From: Scenedesmus sp. PABB004
Lineage: Eukaryota
NCBI GenBank assembly: GCA_014905635.1
Contig: JABVCE010000008.1
Location: 1-64,000 of the forward strand
Direction: 5' to 3'
DNA: 64,000 bases
In this document: positions 27,229-38,900 of the stretch, piece by piece
How the letters are laid out: each line of letters opens with the position of its first letter
How positions within the stretch are numbered: the first letter of the stretch is position 1
The notes under the pieces: generated by a model
The model's input: the letters and a program-made list of their open reading frames with translations, nothing else
Told to the model about the DNA's origin: nothing
Databases searched by the model: none
Position numbers and translations under genes: made by a program

Positions 27229-29562
27229 TGGCTGCGGCGCAGGCGCAGGCAGCCGCGCAGCAGGCGGCGGTGCAGCAGTTACAGGCGGCGCAGCAGCAGG
27301 CCCAGCAGCAGGCCCAGCAGCAGGCCCAGCAGCAGGCGGCGCAGCAGGCGGCGCAGCTGGCGGGCGCGCACCCGGCCGGCGGCTTTGGGCAGCGAGCCGC
27401 GCCGAGCCCAGGCGCGGCCCACCCCGGCATGGCGGCGCCGGGCGGCTCCGCGCTGCAGGCGCCGCAGCAGCAGCGCATGCAGACGCCGGGCGGCGCCGCC
27501 GCGTCGAGCCCGCCGCCGGGCGAGGGCGACGTCGACATGGACGCCGGCGACAGCGTCGTCGCGCCCATCCTGCTGCACAGCGAGCGCGAGCCGGTGCGGC
27601 GGCGCGGCGCGGCTGCTGCGCGTGCGCGCCCGCACGCGCCGCGCCTCGCCGCGCGCCTCACCCGCGCCCCGCCCGCACCCCGCCCGCGCCCCGCGCGCGT
27701 GTGTGTGGCGGCCAGGACCTGACCAAGAAGAAGGTCAGTGACTTCCTGCACAGCCACACCGCGTACGAGCTCATCCCGGAGAGCGGCAAGGTGGTGCTGC
27801 TCGACCTCGACCTCCCCATACGGCAGGCCTTCCACGCGCTGCACGAACAGGCACGCGACGCGCACGCGCGGCGCGGGGCGCGGCGCGGTGCACGCTGCCG
27901 CGGCGCGTGCTGACGCGGCGCGCGCTGACGCCGCCGCGGCTGGCCTGCAGGGCATCGCGTCGGCGCCGCTGTGGGACAGCGCGGTGGGCGCGGTGGTGGG
28001 CGTGATCAGCGCGAGCGACTTCATCCACACGCTGCGCCGCCTGCGCTCCGCGGTCAGCAGCGGGCACAACCCGCTGAGCGAGGCGGAGATGGACGCACAC
28101 ACGGTGAGGCCCGCACCACACCCACCCACCCACCCACACCACACACACACATCCACCCACCCACCCACACACACACATCCACCCACCCACCCACCCACCC
28201 ACCCACCCACCCACCCACCCACCCACCCACCCACCCACCCACCCACCCACCCACCCACCCACCCACCCACCCACACCACACCCACCCACCCACCCACCCA
28301 CACACCGCACGCTCGCGCGCCGCAGATCCGGGGCATGCGCCTCGAGGGCGGCGCCGAGGGGCGGCCGCCCAAGCCGCTCGTGTGCGTGCGCCCGGGGGAC
28401 AGCCTCGCGCGCGTCGTGCGCGTGCTGTTTGAGGGGCGGTGCAGCATGGCGCCCATCCTCAGCGACGAGCCGGGCGGCCCGCGCGCGGCGGTGCTGCACA
28501 TCGCCACGCTGAGCGGCGTGCTCACCTGCCTCATGCGCCACTTCCGCGCCAGCCTCGCGAGCCTGCCGCTGCTCGGCCAGCCCCTGGGCAGCCTGCCGCT
28601 CGGCACGTGGGCGCCCGACACACAGTTTGCGGCGGGCGACGGCGCCGCGCCCGGCGGCGCCAACGGCGCGCCGCCCGCCGCCAAGGGCGCCGCCGCCGAC
28701 GCGGGCGCCGGCCGCGAGGCCGGCGGGCGCACGGTCGCGCCGCTGCACGCGGTCACGCCCGGCACGTCGCTCACGGGCGCGCTGGGGCTGCTGCTCGACG
28801 CGGGCGTGAGCGCGCTGCCGGTCGTGGGCGAGGGCGGCGCGCTGCTGGACATCTACGCCCGCGCCGACATCACGGCGCTCTGCAAGGGCAACGCGTACAA
28901 CCGCCTGCAGTGGGAGGACGTCACGGTGGGTGGGCGGGTGGCTGGGTGGGTGGGGGGGGGGGGGGGGGGGGGTGGGTGGGTGGGTGGGTGGCGCGGTGTG
29001 TGTGTGTGTGAGGGAGGGCGGGGGGGGGGGGGGCACTGCGCGGGCCGCCGCCCCGCCGCGCTGCGCCGCCTGCCGCCGCCTGGTCGCTTGCCGACGCTGC
29101 CCGCCCGCCCCGCGGCCGGCGCGGCCGGCGCGCAGGTGGGCCAGGCGCTGTCGCTGTCCAGCCCCAACCCCGCGGCGTGGGCGCAGGGGCCGCCCGGCAG
29201 CGCCGGCCAGCTGCTGGTGCCCGACTGCGCAGGTGCGCGGGGCGCCCGGGAGGGGGGACCCGCGCGCTGCGCGGCCGCCGCGCCCGCGCGCCGCGGCGGG
29301 GCTCACGCGCCGCCGCCGCCGCCGCCGCCCACCGCGCCGTGCAGCGCCGCCCGCGCCGCGCCTGAGCGAGGGCGCGTCGTTTGGCGGCCCGGGGCTGGGC
29401 TGCGGCCGCGTGGGCGTCGCGTACCAGGACGACCCGCTGCGCGCCGTGGTGGAGCGTCTCGCGGCGCCGGGCGTGCGCCGCCTGGTGGTGGTCGACCGCG
29501 CGAGCCGGCGCGTGCAGGGCCTGGTCAGCCTCAGCGACGTCGCGGCGTACCTCTTCCTTTGA
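26321..29562 (+). CDS. SNF4: SnRK1 betagamma subunit (CBM48 + CBS domains) with polyQ insertion; ~9 exons
   Basis: FVWRFGGRQ|VHLCGSFTRW...GYHQYKFIVDGKW (CBM48); FLHSHTAYELIPESGKVVLLD, GVISASDFI, VSALPVV...DIYARADIT, RRLVVVD...GLVSLSDVAAYL (CBS). One GC-AG intron, 27851-27950. Confidence 0.93.
27153..27227 (+). repeat. Uninterrupted (CAG)25 coding microsatellite (polyQ)
   Basis: 25 consecutive CAG after a CAA codon in a SNF4 exon. Confidence 0.93.
28113..28305. repeat. (CCCA)n/(CA)n intronic simple repeat
   Basis: Long CCCA tandem with CA stretches in the SNF4 intron upstream of exon 28326-28925. Confidence 0.93.
28926..29010. repeat. (TGGG)n/poly-G/(TG)n intronic simple repeat
   Basis: gtgggtggg...G-run...gtgggtgggtgggtgggtg...tgtgtgtg directly after the donor of exon 28326-28925. 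Confidence 0.9.
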
Positions 29563-29821
29563 CTCGACCCCGGCGGCGCGCTGGGGCGGCGCGCTGGGGC
29601 GGCGCGCTGGGGCGCGGCGCAGCGGGCAAAACCCTTTTCTCGCGACCGCCGCGCGCACGCCGCGGCGAGGCGCTTGTCCCGATCCCACCACAACACCTCC
29701 GATCCCACCCCACCACAACCACCGATCCCACCACCACAGTTCACGCGTGCGCGGGCAGCCGCTGCGATCACCGCACGCCGCCAGCAGCAGCTGCAGCGCG
29801 CGGCGGCGCGCCTCGTCCGCG

Positions 29822-32800
29822 ATGCGCTGCTCCCAGGCAGCGCTGGGGCCTGTGTCCAGGAGGCCTGGGCCGCTGCTCGTGCCGGCGACGGCCCGCGCAG
29901 CCCTCGGCAGCGGCCAGGCGCGCTGCCGAAATGTCGGCGTGCGCTTCCGGGCGCCCGATGTTGATCGCGGCGCGCGGCTGCTCGAGAGCGACGTGCGTGG
30001 GCAGACGGCGCGGGGGACCACGGATCCGGGATCCCGGAGCGCTCGAAGCGCTCACGAGCCGCTGCTGCGCCCGCCGCTGCCGCGCAGACTCCTGCGCCCT
30101 CCCTCGCCTGGCCGGCGGCGGACGAGCCGGTGGTGGAGCGCGCGGCGGCGGCTTGGGAGCGCCTGTGCGCCGGCGGGCCGCCGCCCGCGCCGACGGTCGC
30201 GCGCCGGCACGCTGGCCTGGCGCCGCCGCCGGCCGGCGCGGCGGGCGGGTCGTTTGACGTGCTCGTGCTGGGCGGCACGCTGGGGCTGGTGTTTGCGACG
30301 GCACTGCTCGCGCGCGCTGCGCGCGACGGCACGGCCCTGCGCGTGGCGGTCGCCGAGCGCGGCGGCGCGCCGTCGGGGCGCGAGCAGGAGTGGACCATCT
30401 CGGCGGCCGACCTGCGCGCCCTGACCGACGCGGGCGTGCTGGGCACGGGCGAGGTGGCAGCCGCGGTCGCGAGCCGCTACGACCGCGTGCGCCTCGGCGT
30501 CGACGGCGGCGCGGAGCTGAGCCTCGCCGGCGTCATGGACGCGGGCGTCAGCCCCGCCGCGCTGCTGGCCGCCCTCGCGGCGCGCTTCGCGGCACTCGGC
30601 GGCGAGGTGCTGCCGGGCGCCGCGTTTGAGGCGCTGGACGTCTGGGACGACGCCGCGCACGCGGCGTTTGTGGTGAGCGCGCCGCCCGGCGCGGCCGAGC
30701 CCGGAGGCGCAGGCGGGCGCGGCGCGTCGTTTGGCGCGGCGCCGGGCGCCGGCGCCGGCGCCGGCGCGGCGCGGCGCGTCGTGTCGGCGCGCGTCGTCGT
30801 GGACGCGCTGGGCACGTTCAGCCCGCTGTCCGCGCAGGCGCGGCGCGGCGCGCCGCCCGAGTCGGCGATGCTGCTCGTGGGCGGCTGCGTGGCGGGCGCG
30901 CCGCCGCCGGCGGGCGCCGCCGCCGACGTGCTGTGGGGCCGGTCTCCGATTGACCGGGCCAGCGCGACGCAGGCCTGGTGGGAGGCGTTCCCCGCGGACG
31001 GCGGGCGCGCGGTCAGCGTGTATGCGTTCACGTTCACTGACCCCGCGCCGGTCAACGCGGGCCTGCTGCCCGCGCTGCGCCAGGCCTTCCTGGCGGAGCT
31101 GCCGGCGTATGTCGCGGAGCGCGCTCGCGCGCCGGGCCCGGCGGCCGGGCTGTCGCTCACGCGCGGGGTCGTCGGGTTTGTGCCCTGCCACCCCGACCGC
31201 GTCCCGCCGCTGGTGGACCGGCTCCTGCCTGTCGGCGACGCCGCGGGCAACCGCTCCGCGCTCAGCCTCGCGGGCTTCTGCGCGCTGGTGCGACACCTGG
31301 ACCGCCTCACAGGCGGCCTGCTGGAGGCACTGCGCGCGGGCGCGCTGAGCAAGCAGGTGCGGGGCGGCGGGGCGGGGCGGGGCGCGGGGCGTGCGCAGCG
31401 TGTGCAGGCGCAGCGCGTCGCCGCCGCGTGTGTGCGGGGCGCCGCCGCCGCGCCCCGCGCAGGGGTCTCACTGCTGCCCGGCGCCGCCCCCTGCCGCCCC
31501 GCGCCAGGAGCTGGCGCTGCTGCAGCCGTGGTGCCCCGGCGTCGCGTGCAGCGTGGCGATGCAGCGCAGCATGAGCGTGGCCAGCGCCCAGCGGGGGCGC
31601 CTCGGCACCTACCTACAGCGCGGACCGGCGCCCGGCGGCGTGAGCGGGCGGGAGGTGCTGGACGCGACCTCGGCCAGCCTGCAGGCCATGGCCAGCGCCG
31701 GCGGCGAGGCAGCACTGGCGGCCTTCCTCGCCGACCGCATCACCTGGCGCGCGTTGTCCGCCGGCATCGCGCGTCAGCTCGCCACGGGCCCGCGCCAGGT
31801 GGGCGCCGCGCGGCGTGCCGCCGCGCCGCCGCGGCGCCGCGCCCCGCGTCGCGAGCCCCTCGCCTTACACGCTCCCCTCCCCCTCCTCTCCCCTCCCCTC
31901 GCACCCAGCTGCTGTCCTACGCGCGCTTCCTGGGCGACAGCCGCTCCGGGCCCCGCCTGCTGCGCGCGGTCGCGGGCCTCGCCGCATACACGGCGCTGCA
32001 CGCCGCAACGCCGCTGACCGGGCCTCTGCACGAGGCGCTGCTCGCGGGCAGCCCGCGCCTGCTGTACAGGTGGCGCCGCGCGCGGGACGCGTGGCGCTAC
32101 GGCAGCGGCGCGGACTGGGCGCCAGCGGCGGCGGCGCCGGGCGACGGCGGCGGTGCCACCAGCGGCGGCGGTGCCGGTGCAAGCCAAGGCGGCGCGGGCG
32201 CGCCCGCCGACGCGCCGGCCGTGCCCGGGCTGGGGTCGTACGAGGGCGCGGACGGGGGCGACCTGCCGCTGTGCCTGCCCGACTCGCCGCTGTGCGACGA
32301 CCCCGGGCACCTGCAGGACGCGCCCCCGGGCGGCGGCGACGACGAGCAGCCCGCCGGCGCGAGCGCCGGCGACGGCGGTGGCGGCAGCAGCGGCAGCGCG
32401 CTGGCCGCCGCGCGCCTGGCGCGCCGGCGCGCGAGCAGCATGGCGGCGCCTGGCTGGGGCGGCAGCCTCTGCGGGGCCGCCTGGCTGCCCAGCAGCGGCG
32501 CGCTCGTCGCGCGGCCGCGCGCAGCTGCCGTGGCCGCCGCCGGGAGCGACGGCAGCGGCGGCGGCGGCGGTGGCGGCAGCGGCAACCCCTCGGACGCCAG
32601 CCAGAGCCAGCGGCGGCGCCTCGAGCGCTTGCTGCTGTCGATTGTGGACCGGGGCACCGCCGGCAGGTGCGAGAGGGACGGGGGAGGGCGCGGAGCGGTC
32701 TGGCGGCGGCCCGGTGGCCGCTGGCGCCCGCGCCCAGCGCTCGCCGCGCGTGGCCGCACCCCGCGCTCGCCTGCGCTGCACGCCCACAGGCCCGTGGGCG

Positions 32801-33546
32801 GCCGGACGGCCGAGTCGCGGCGCGGCGAGGGTGGCGACGACGCGTCGCTGCTGTACCCGCAGCTCTCGGTCTATACGTCACTCGATGAGACGGACGTCAT
32901 AGACTGGGAGGGCACCAGCGACGGCTGGGGCACGGCCACCAGCAGCAACAACAACGGCGCCGGCGGCAGCGGCGGCGGCGGCGGCGGCGCGCCCGGCTGC
33001 CTGGCGAGCGCCCCGCGGCGCGCCGCACGCGCGCGCGGGCGCCCGTGGGGCGCGACGCTGCGCGGGGCGGCCTGGGCATCGTACGGTGCCGCGGCGCTGG
33101 GCCGCGGCGTCGTGCTGCGCGGGGTCGCCGCGGCGGCGGCGCCGGGCGACGGCGGCGGTGCCACCAGCGGCGGCGGCGCTGGCGCTGGCGGCGCAGGCGC
33201 GCCCGCCGACGCGCCGGCCGTGCCCGGGCTGGGGTCGTACGAGGGCGCGGACGGGGGCGACCTGCCGCTGTTCCCGCCCGACTCGCCGCTGTGCGACGAC
33301 CCCGGGCACCTGCAGGACGCGCCCCCGGGCGGCGGCGACGAGCAGCCCGCCGGCGCCGCCGCCGGCGCCGGCGACACCGCGCCGTCGGCGGCGCGCGGGG
33401 CCGCGGGTCGGCCGTACGTCAACCTCGTCAACGGGCGCTGGGTGCCGCCGTCGCGCGAGGCCGCGGAGGCGATGCTCGCGGCGGGCCTGGCGGAGAAGGG
33501 CAAGGGCAACAGCCTGGAGATGGGGCAGCCGGATGAGGGGGTGTGA
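29822..33546 (+). CDS. Divergent CruP/CruA-family FAD-dependent protein (lycopene-cyclase-like) with a long C-terminal extension
   Basis: FDVLVLGGTLGLVFATAL, GREQEWTIS, DRLLPVGDAAG...LVRHLDRL, LLQPW...MQRSMS and WRYGSGADW match recalled CruP motifs. Transit-peptide-like exon 1 from 29822. The frame stays open for over 400 codons after the CruP end motif. Confidence 0.75.
32125..32361 (+). repeat. ~235-bp direct repeat, copy 1
   Basis: Near-identical to 33130-33357; both encode ...PAVPGLGSYEGADGGDLPLxxPDSPLCDDPGHLQDAPPGGGD(D)EQPAG. Confidence 0.95.
33130..33357 (+). repeat. ~230-bp direct repeat, copy 2
   Basis: Near-identical to 32125-32361, with a few substitutions and small in-frame indels. 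Confidence 0.95.
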
Positions 33547-34165
33547 GCGATGCGATGCGGGGCGGGCGGGGCGGAGGGCGGGGGTGCAGCGTTCGCAGCG
33601 GGGGCGCAGTCTGGCGGGCGTGCCGGAGGCGTTTGTTTGTTGTGGCGTTGTGGCGTTCGCGTCGTGCTGCGTTTGGGGGTCGGCCGAGGACGAAGGAGCG
33701 CGCGCGCGTGCTGCGCGTGCGCTCCCAGGCGTGTCGCGGCGGCTGGTTGGGAGGCGGGCTGCGCACTGCCGGGATGCGCCAAAGCGCTGCGGAGCACTTG
33801 CTGTGCGCGATCAGCGCGTGCGGGGGGATTGCGGCGCGCTCGGTGACGGCGGTTCGAGCGGTTGCCGCCTGCGCTGAGGCTCAGCGAGCGCGCGCCTGCC
33901 CGCGGCGCGCTTGGTGTCCCAGACTCACACGCCTGCGCAGCCACGCACCACCGAGCCGCAGTCAGCCCCCACAGCCGTCGCCGCTGGCGCAAGCCGCTGC
34001 TGGCGCACTTGCCGCCGCACCGCCGCCCCTGAGGGCGGTGAGTCCGGCCCCTGACCGCCGTTGAGTCGCCCAGACGTCTACCGGCATCGGGCACCCACGT
34101 CGGCCGCCCAGCGAGCGAGGAGCGGCGGCGGCGGCAGCGCCCATCACGCGGCGCTGCTCTGTTCG

Positions 34166-35542
34166 ATGGAGCGCCACTCCGGCAAAGACTCGGCCGGCAA
34201 GGTGGGGAACGGGGCGAGGGCCACGAGCACGCGCGTGGGGAGCAGCAGCAGGCAGCAGCGGCTGCTTCCGCCGCCGCGCACGAGCTGCCGCCGGTGCGCT
34301 GCTGGCGGCCGCGCGCGCGCCCGGCGACCGCGCCTGGCGGCCGCGCCGCGCAGGAGGAGTACCAGGACCCGCAGCAGCTCTGGGCGGCCGCCAAGGGCCG
34401 CGACGGCACGCACCGGGAGTGGTACGACGGCGCGGTCGCGTACTGGGACAAGCAGGAGGCGAGCTACGACGGCGTGCTGGGCGGCTTTGGCTACGTGTCG
34501 GACGCCGACATCACAGACAGCCGCGCGCTGCTGCGCCGGGTGCGCCACCGCCCGGCGGCGCGGCGGGGTGGGCGGCGCGCCCGCGCGCCCCCCGGGGCGC
34601 CCCGCCTGCCGCGCTCACGCGCCTCGCCGCGTGCGCACTGCGCGCGCACCGCGCAGGCGATGAAGCAGCAGCTGGCAGACGCGGCGGCTGGCAAGCGGTC
34701 GCTCGTGGCAGTCGGTGCGGCGGCTTGCTCGCGCAGCGCGCAGCGGCTCGCCCGCTCAGCAGCACGTGCCGCGCGCCGCGCGCGCCCACGCGCCGCGCCG
34801 CCGCCGCGCCCCGGCGGCGCGCAGACTGCGGTGCGGGCGTGGGCCGCGTGACGGAACAGCTGCTGCTGCACGAGTTTGGCACAGTCGACCTGCTGGAGCC
34901 GAGCCGGCACCTCCTGGACGCTGCGCAGAAGAACCTCAAGGCCGCGGCCGCGGCCGGCACCTTCCCGCGCGGCCACGCGCTCGGCGAGCTGCTGTGCCAG
35001 GGCCTGCAGGCGTTCCAGCCCGCGCCCGGCAGGTGCGCAAGCAGGCAGGCGGGAGGGGAGGGCCACGCGGCGGGCGGCGCCGCGCGCGGCGTCCGGCTCG
35101 GGGCGCTCGGGGCGCTTCCCCCCGACCTCCTTGCCCTGCGCGGTCCGCCAGGTACGACTGCATCTGGATCCAGTGGTGCCTCCTGTACCTCACCGACGGT
35201 GAGGCAGCGCGGGCGGGAGGGAGGGAGGGACGGCGCAGCGCGCGCGCGGCGCGCCGCCGGCCCGGCGGCGCCCGCACGCCACCGCTCTGCGCGCACGCAG
35301 AGGACGCGGTGTCGCTGTTCCAGCGCTGCAAGGCGGGCCTGGCGCCGGGCGGGGTGGTGTTTGTGAAGGAGAACATCTGCCGGACGGGCTTCATCGTGGA
35401 CAAGGACGACAACAGCCTCACGCGCAGCAACGACTACATGCTCGACCTCTTTGCCCGCGCCGGCATGGCCGTGGCGTTCAACATCAAGCAGAAAAACTGG
35501 CCCCAGGGCCTCTTCGACGTGCGCATGTTCGTGCTGCGCTAG
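34166..35542 (+). CDS. NTMT1: Alpha-N-terminal protein methyltransferase; 6 exons
   Basis: WYDGAVAYW...DGVLGGFGYVSDADI, DCGAGVGRVT, YDCIWIQWCLLYLTD, VFVKENI...FIVDKDDNSLTRS, WPQGLFDVRMFVL; TGTAAC at 35621. Confidence 0.93.
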
Positions 35543-35620
35543 GCGCGCGCGCGGCGTGTGCGCGAGGGCGGCGTGCTCGCGGGCGGGCGGTGCGGCGCGC
35601 GGGGCGCCGTTCCCCGTCCC

Positions 35621-35626
35621 TGTAAC
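35621..35626 (+). promoter_or_regulatory. UGUAA-type polyadenylation signal (example; others at 7683+, 22712+, 22774-, 18307-)
   Basis: TGTAAC 78 nt after the NTMT1 stop; UGUAA is the established chlorophyte poly(A) signal. Confidence 0.7.
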
Positions 35627-35987
35627 ACCAACGTCGACGCGGGCGACAGCCGCCTTGGCGCGCGGCGCCAAAAGGAGGCCTAGGTCTCGAGCGTCACCTG
35701 CGCCGCCGCTGCTCAACCCCGCCGCCGCGCCAAAAAGCGCGGTTCCGCTCCGCCCAGATCGCGTTTGTGTCCCTCGCCCCGCGAGGAGCAGCTCCTGCCG
35801 CTCGCCGCGCCAGGGCGAGCCGCCAGGCGCCCGCTCGAGCAGCAAGTTCTCGGCAGCAGTATCTTGACGCGTTCTGCTCGAGGGTCGCAGCACACAGGTC
35901 CCCCAAGCGGCGAGTTGATCCATTGTGCCTAACGAGCGCGTTGGTGGGCAGCGCGCCATCCAGAGCGCGCCGCGGCGGTGGACAAGC

Positions 35988-38900
35988 ATGTCTGCTGCGG
36001 CGTGGGCGCTCTCCGGCGCCAGCGAGTTCTGTGCGGGGCAGAACGTCACCTACGAGCACCGTGTCTGGGATGAGGGTGCGCCACAGCGCGCGGCCGAGCG
36101 CTCACGCCGCCGCCTGCGCGCGCTCACGCCACCTGCGCGCGCGCTCACGCCCACCGCCGCCGCGCCCTGCCGCAGGCGCGCACAGCTGGTGCCCCGTGCC
36201 CGGCGGCGGCGCGGACGCGCTGCTGTTTGCGTCGCTCGCGGTGCTCGCGTCGTGCGCGCTCTACTCGCGCCTGTCGGCCGTGAGCCTCCTGCTCGCGGGC
36301 GGCGCGTTTGAGCTGCTCGCCGCGTCGGTCAACCTCGGCCACTGGTCCAACGCGGTCGCGCTGTGGCTGGGCATCCGGCCGTCGTTCCTGTTCTTCCAGA
36401 TGTTCCTCCCGCCCCTCCTGCTCGACAGCGCGGTGCGCATCGACTTCTTCCTCTTCCGCAAGCTCGCCGCGCACGTGCTCGTCTTCGCCTCGGTCAACGT
36501 CATCATCTCCACGCTCGCCGCGGTGCCGCTCGTGCTCGGGGTCCTGCGCCTCGGCGCGTCGGGGTGGCGCCCCGTCGACGCGGCGCTGTACGGCGCGATG
36601 CTCGGCTCCACCGACGCGGTCGCGGTCTCGGCCATCCTCAAGGCCGGTGCGAGGACAATGGCGCAGCGGGACGGTGGCGATGGGGAGGGCGGCAGCGCGG
36701 CGCGGCGCGCCGACGCGGCCCGCGCGCCGCCCGCGGCCGCGGCGCCGGCGCGCGCAGGCGGCGCGCCCGAGATGCTGGGCGTGCTGCTTGAAGGCGAGTC
36801 CCTCTTCAACGACGCCTCGTCGATCGTGCTGTTTGAGGTCCTGCTCGAGCTCTCGCGCCGCCCGGGCAGCCCGAGCCTCGCCGCCGAGGCGGGCGCGGTC
36901 GGGGCGAGCATCGCGTGGCTCGCCGGCGCGGGCGCAGCGTGCGGCGTCGCGGCCGGCTACCTCACGCGGTGCGCGGCCGGCGCGGCGCTGCGCGCGCGCC
37001 GGCTGCGCTGCGCACGCGGCCGGCGCTGCACTGCGCTGCGCGTGCGGCCGGCGCTGCACCGCCAGTGCCGCCCCCGCTGCCGCCGCAGGCTGCTGCTGCG
37101 CCTGCTGCACAAGCGCCACGTGCCGCCGCACGTCGAGGTCGCTGTGTCCCTCGCGGGCGCGTACGCGGTCTACCTGGTCACGGGTGCGGAGCATCACCGC
37201 CCGTGCCGCCCGCCCGCGTGCCCGCGCCGCCCGCGCGCCCGTGCGCCCGCTGGCGCGAACCGAGCGCCCTCCGCGCGCGCGCCGCGGCACCGCAGAGTTT
37301 TACGCGCACGGCTCGGGCGTCATCGGCGTCGTCGTGTACGGCCTCACGGGCGCGGCCAGCTTCCAGTGGGGGTTGTCGGCGAAGGGCGCGCGCACGGGCG
37401 CGTTCTTCCGCTTCTGGGACGTCGCGGGGTTTGTGATGAACGACGTCGTCTTCTTCTTCTGCGGCGCGAGCATCACCAACTTCATACTCACGTGCGTGAC
37501 GCGCCGCGCCGGCGCACGTCGCCGCCGGGTTGTGCGGGCTGCAGGCAGGCTCACGCCGCGCCGCCGCCGCCGCCGCCGGCGCAGGATCTCGTCCGAGCTG
37601 TTCAAGGACGGCGCGGCCGCGCTGCTGCAGACCGCGGCCGCGCTGCCGGCGACGATCGCCGTGATGTTCCTGCTGCGCTGGGCGCTGATGTGGCTCTGGG
37701 CGCCGCTGCTCGCGGTGGTGGGCAACACGACGCTCACGTGGCAGGAGAGCGCGTTCAGCGCCGCCGGCGGGCTGCGCGGCGCGCTCGCGCTCATCCTGGT
37801 GCAGACGGTGCTCGCGAGCCACAGCGAGACGCAGTCGCCGCAGCTCAAGGCGCGCAGCGGCGCGCAACGGCGCGCGCGCGCGGGCGGGGCGGCCACGCGC
37901 CCGGCCGCGCGCGAACAACCGCCCGCCGCGCGTGTGCAGGTGGTGCACGGCCAGATGGCGCTGTGGGTGTCGGGCTTTGTTCTCTTCACCCTTACCGTCA
38001 ACGCGCCGCTGCTGGGGCCGCTCATGCGCAAGCTCAAGCTCGACAGACCCACCGCGATGCAGCGCGCCGCGCAGCGGTGCGGCGCGGCGCGCCGCGGCGG
38101 GCCTCTGGCTCGGCGCCGCCGCTGCCGTGACGTGCAGGCGCGCGTGCCTGCCGCGCCGCCTCGTGCAGGCGCGCGCACGCGTCGCTCGCGCGCTACACGG
38201 CGGCGGCGATCTCAGACCTGCAAACCGACGAAGACGAGATGCTGCGCGGCGTGGACTGGGCCGCGGTCGCGGCGGACGCGGACGTCGGCCCGGACGGCGC
38301 GGAGGCGGCATGCGGCGCTGAGCCGGCCCTGCGCGGCGGCCCCGCCTCGGTCGGGCTCATGGCGCCGTTGCTGCAGAGCAGTGGCGCGCCCGCCGCCTGG
38401 CCGAGCAAGGGAGACGCCATCTTCATCTCGGCGCGCCTCCGCGACCAGGAGCAGGCGCTCACCGCGCACGTGCTCGGCGCCGGGGCCGGCGCGGCCGGGG
38501 AGGGCGCGCCGAGCGTGGCGGGCGCGTCTGACGACGCCCAGTCGGTCGAAGGCGGCAGCCCCACGTCGGACCAGCCGCCGTCGGCCTTTGACGACGACCT
38601 GTCCTCTGTCCACGGCAGCGAGGCGACCGAGCAGGGCGGCGACGCCGAGGCGGCGGCGGGGCAGCTGCCGGTGCTGTCGCCGGTGGTGGTCATCAAGGTG
38701 CCGGGCACGCTGGCCGCTGGTGGCAGGCAGCACGGCGCATGGGGCGACAGCGGCGCTGTGCCCTCGGGGACCGCCCCGCCCAGCCTGGCCGGCACACGGC
38801 GCGCCGGCTCGGGGCTGCGCCAGAACAGCGTCCGCATGCTCAGCGCGCTTTGGCAGCCACGCGAGGTCGAGCAGGTGGGTGCTGCGGCCCAGCAGGGCGG

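Noticed and set aside
32125..33357. Direct repeats as LTRs of a retroelement
   Set aside because: No TG...CA ends, primer-binding site or gag/pol; both copies are in-frame coding sequence.
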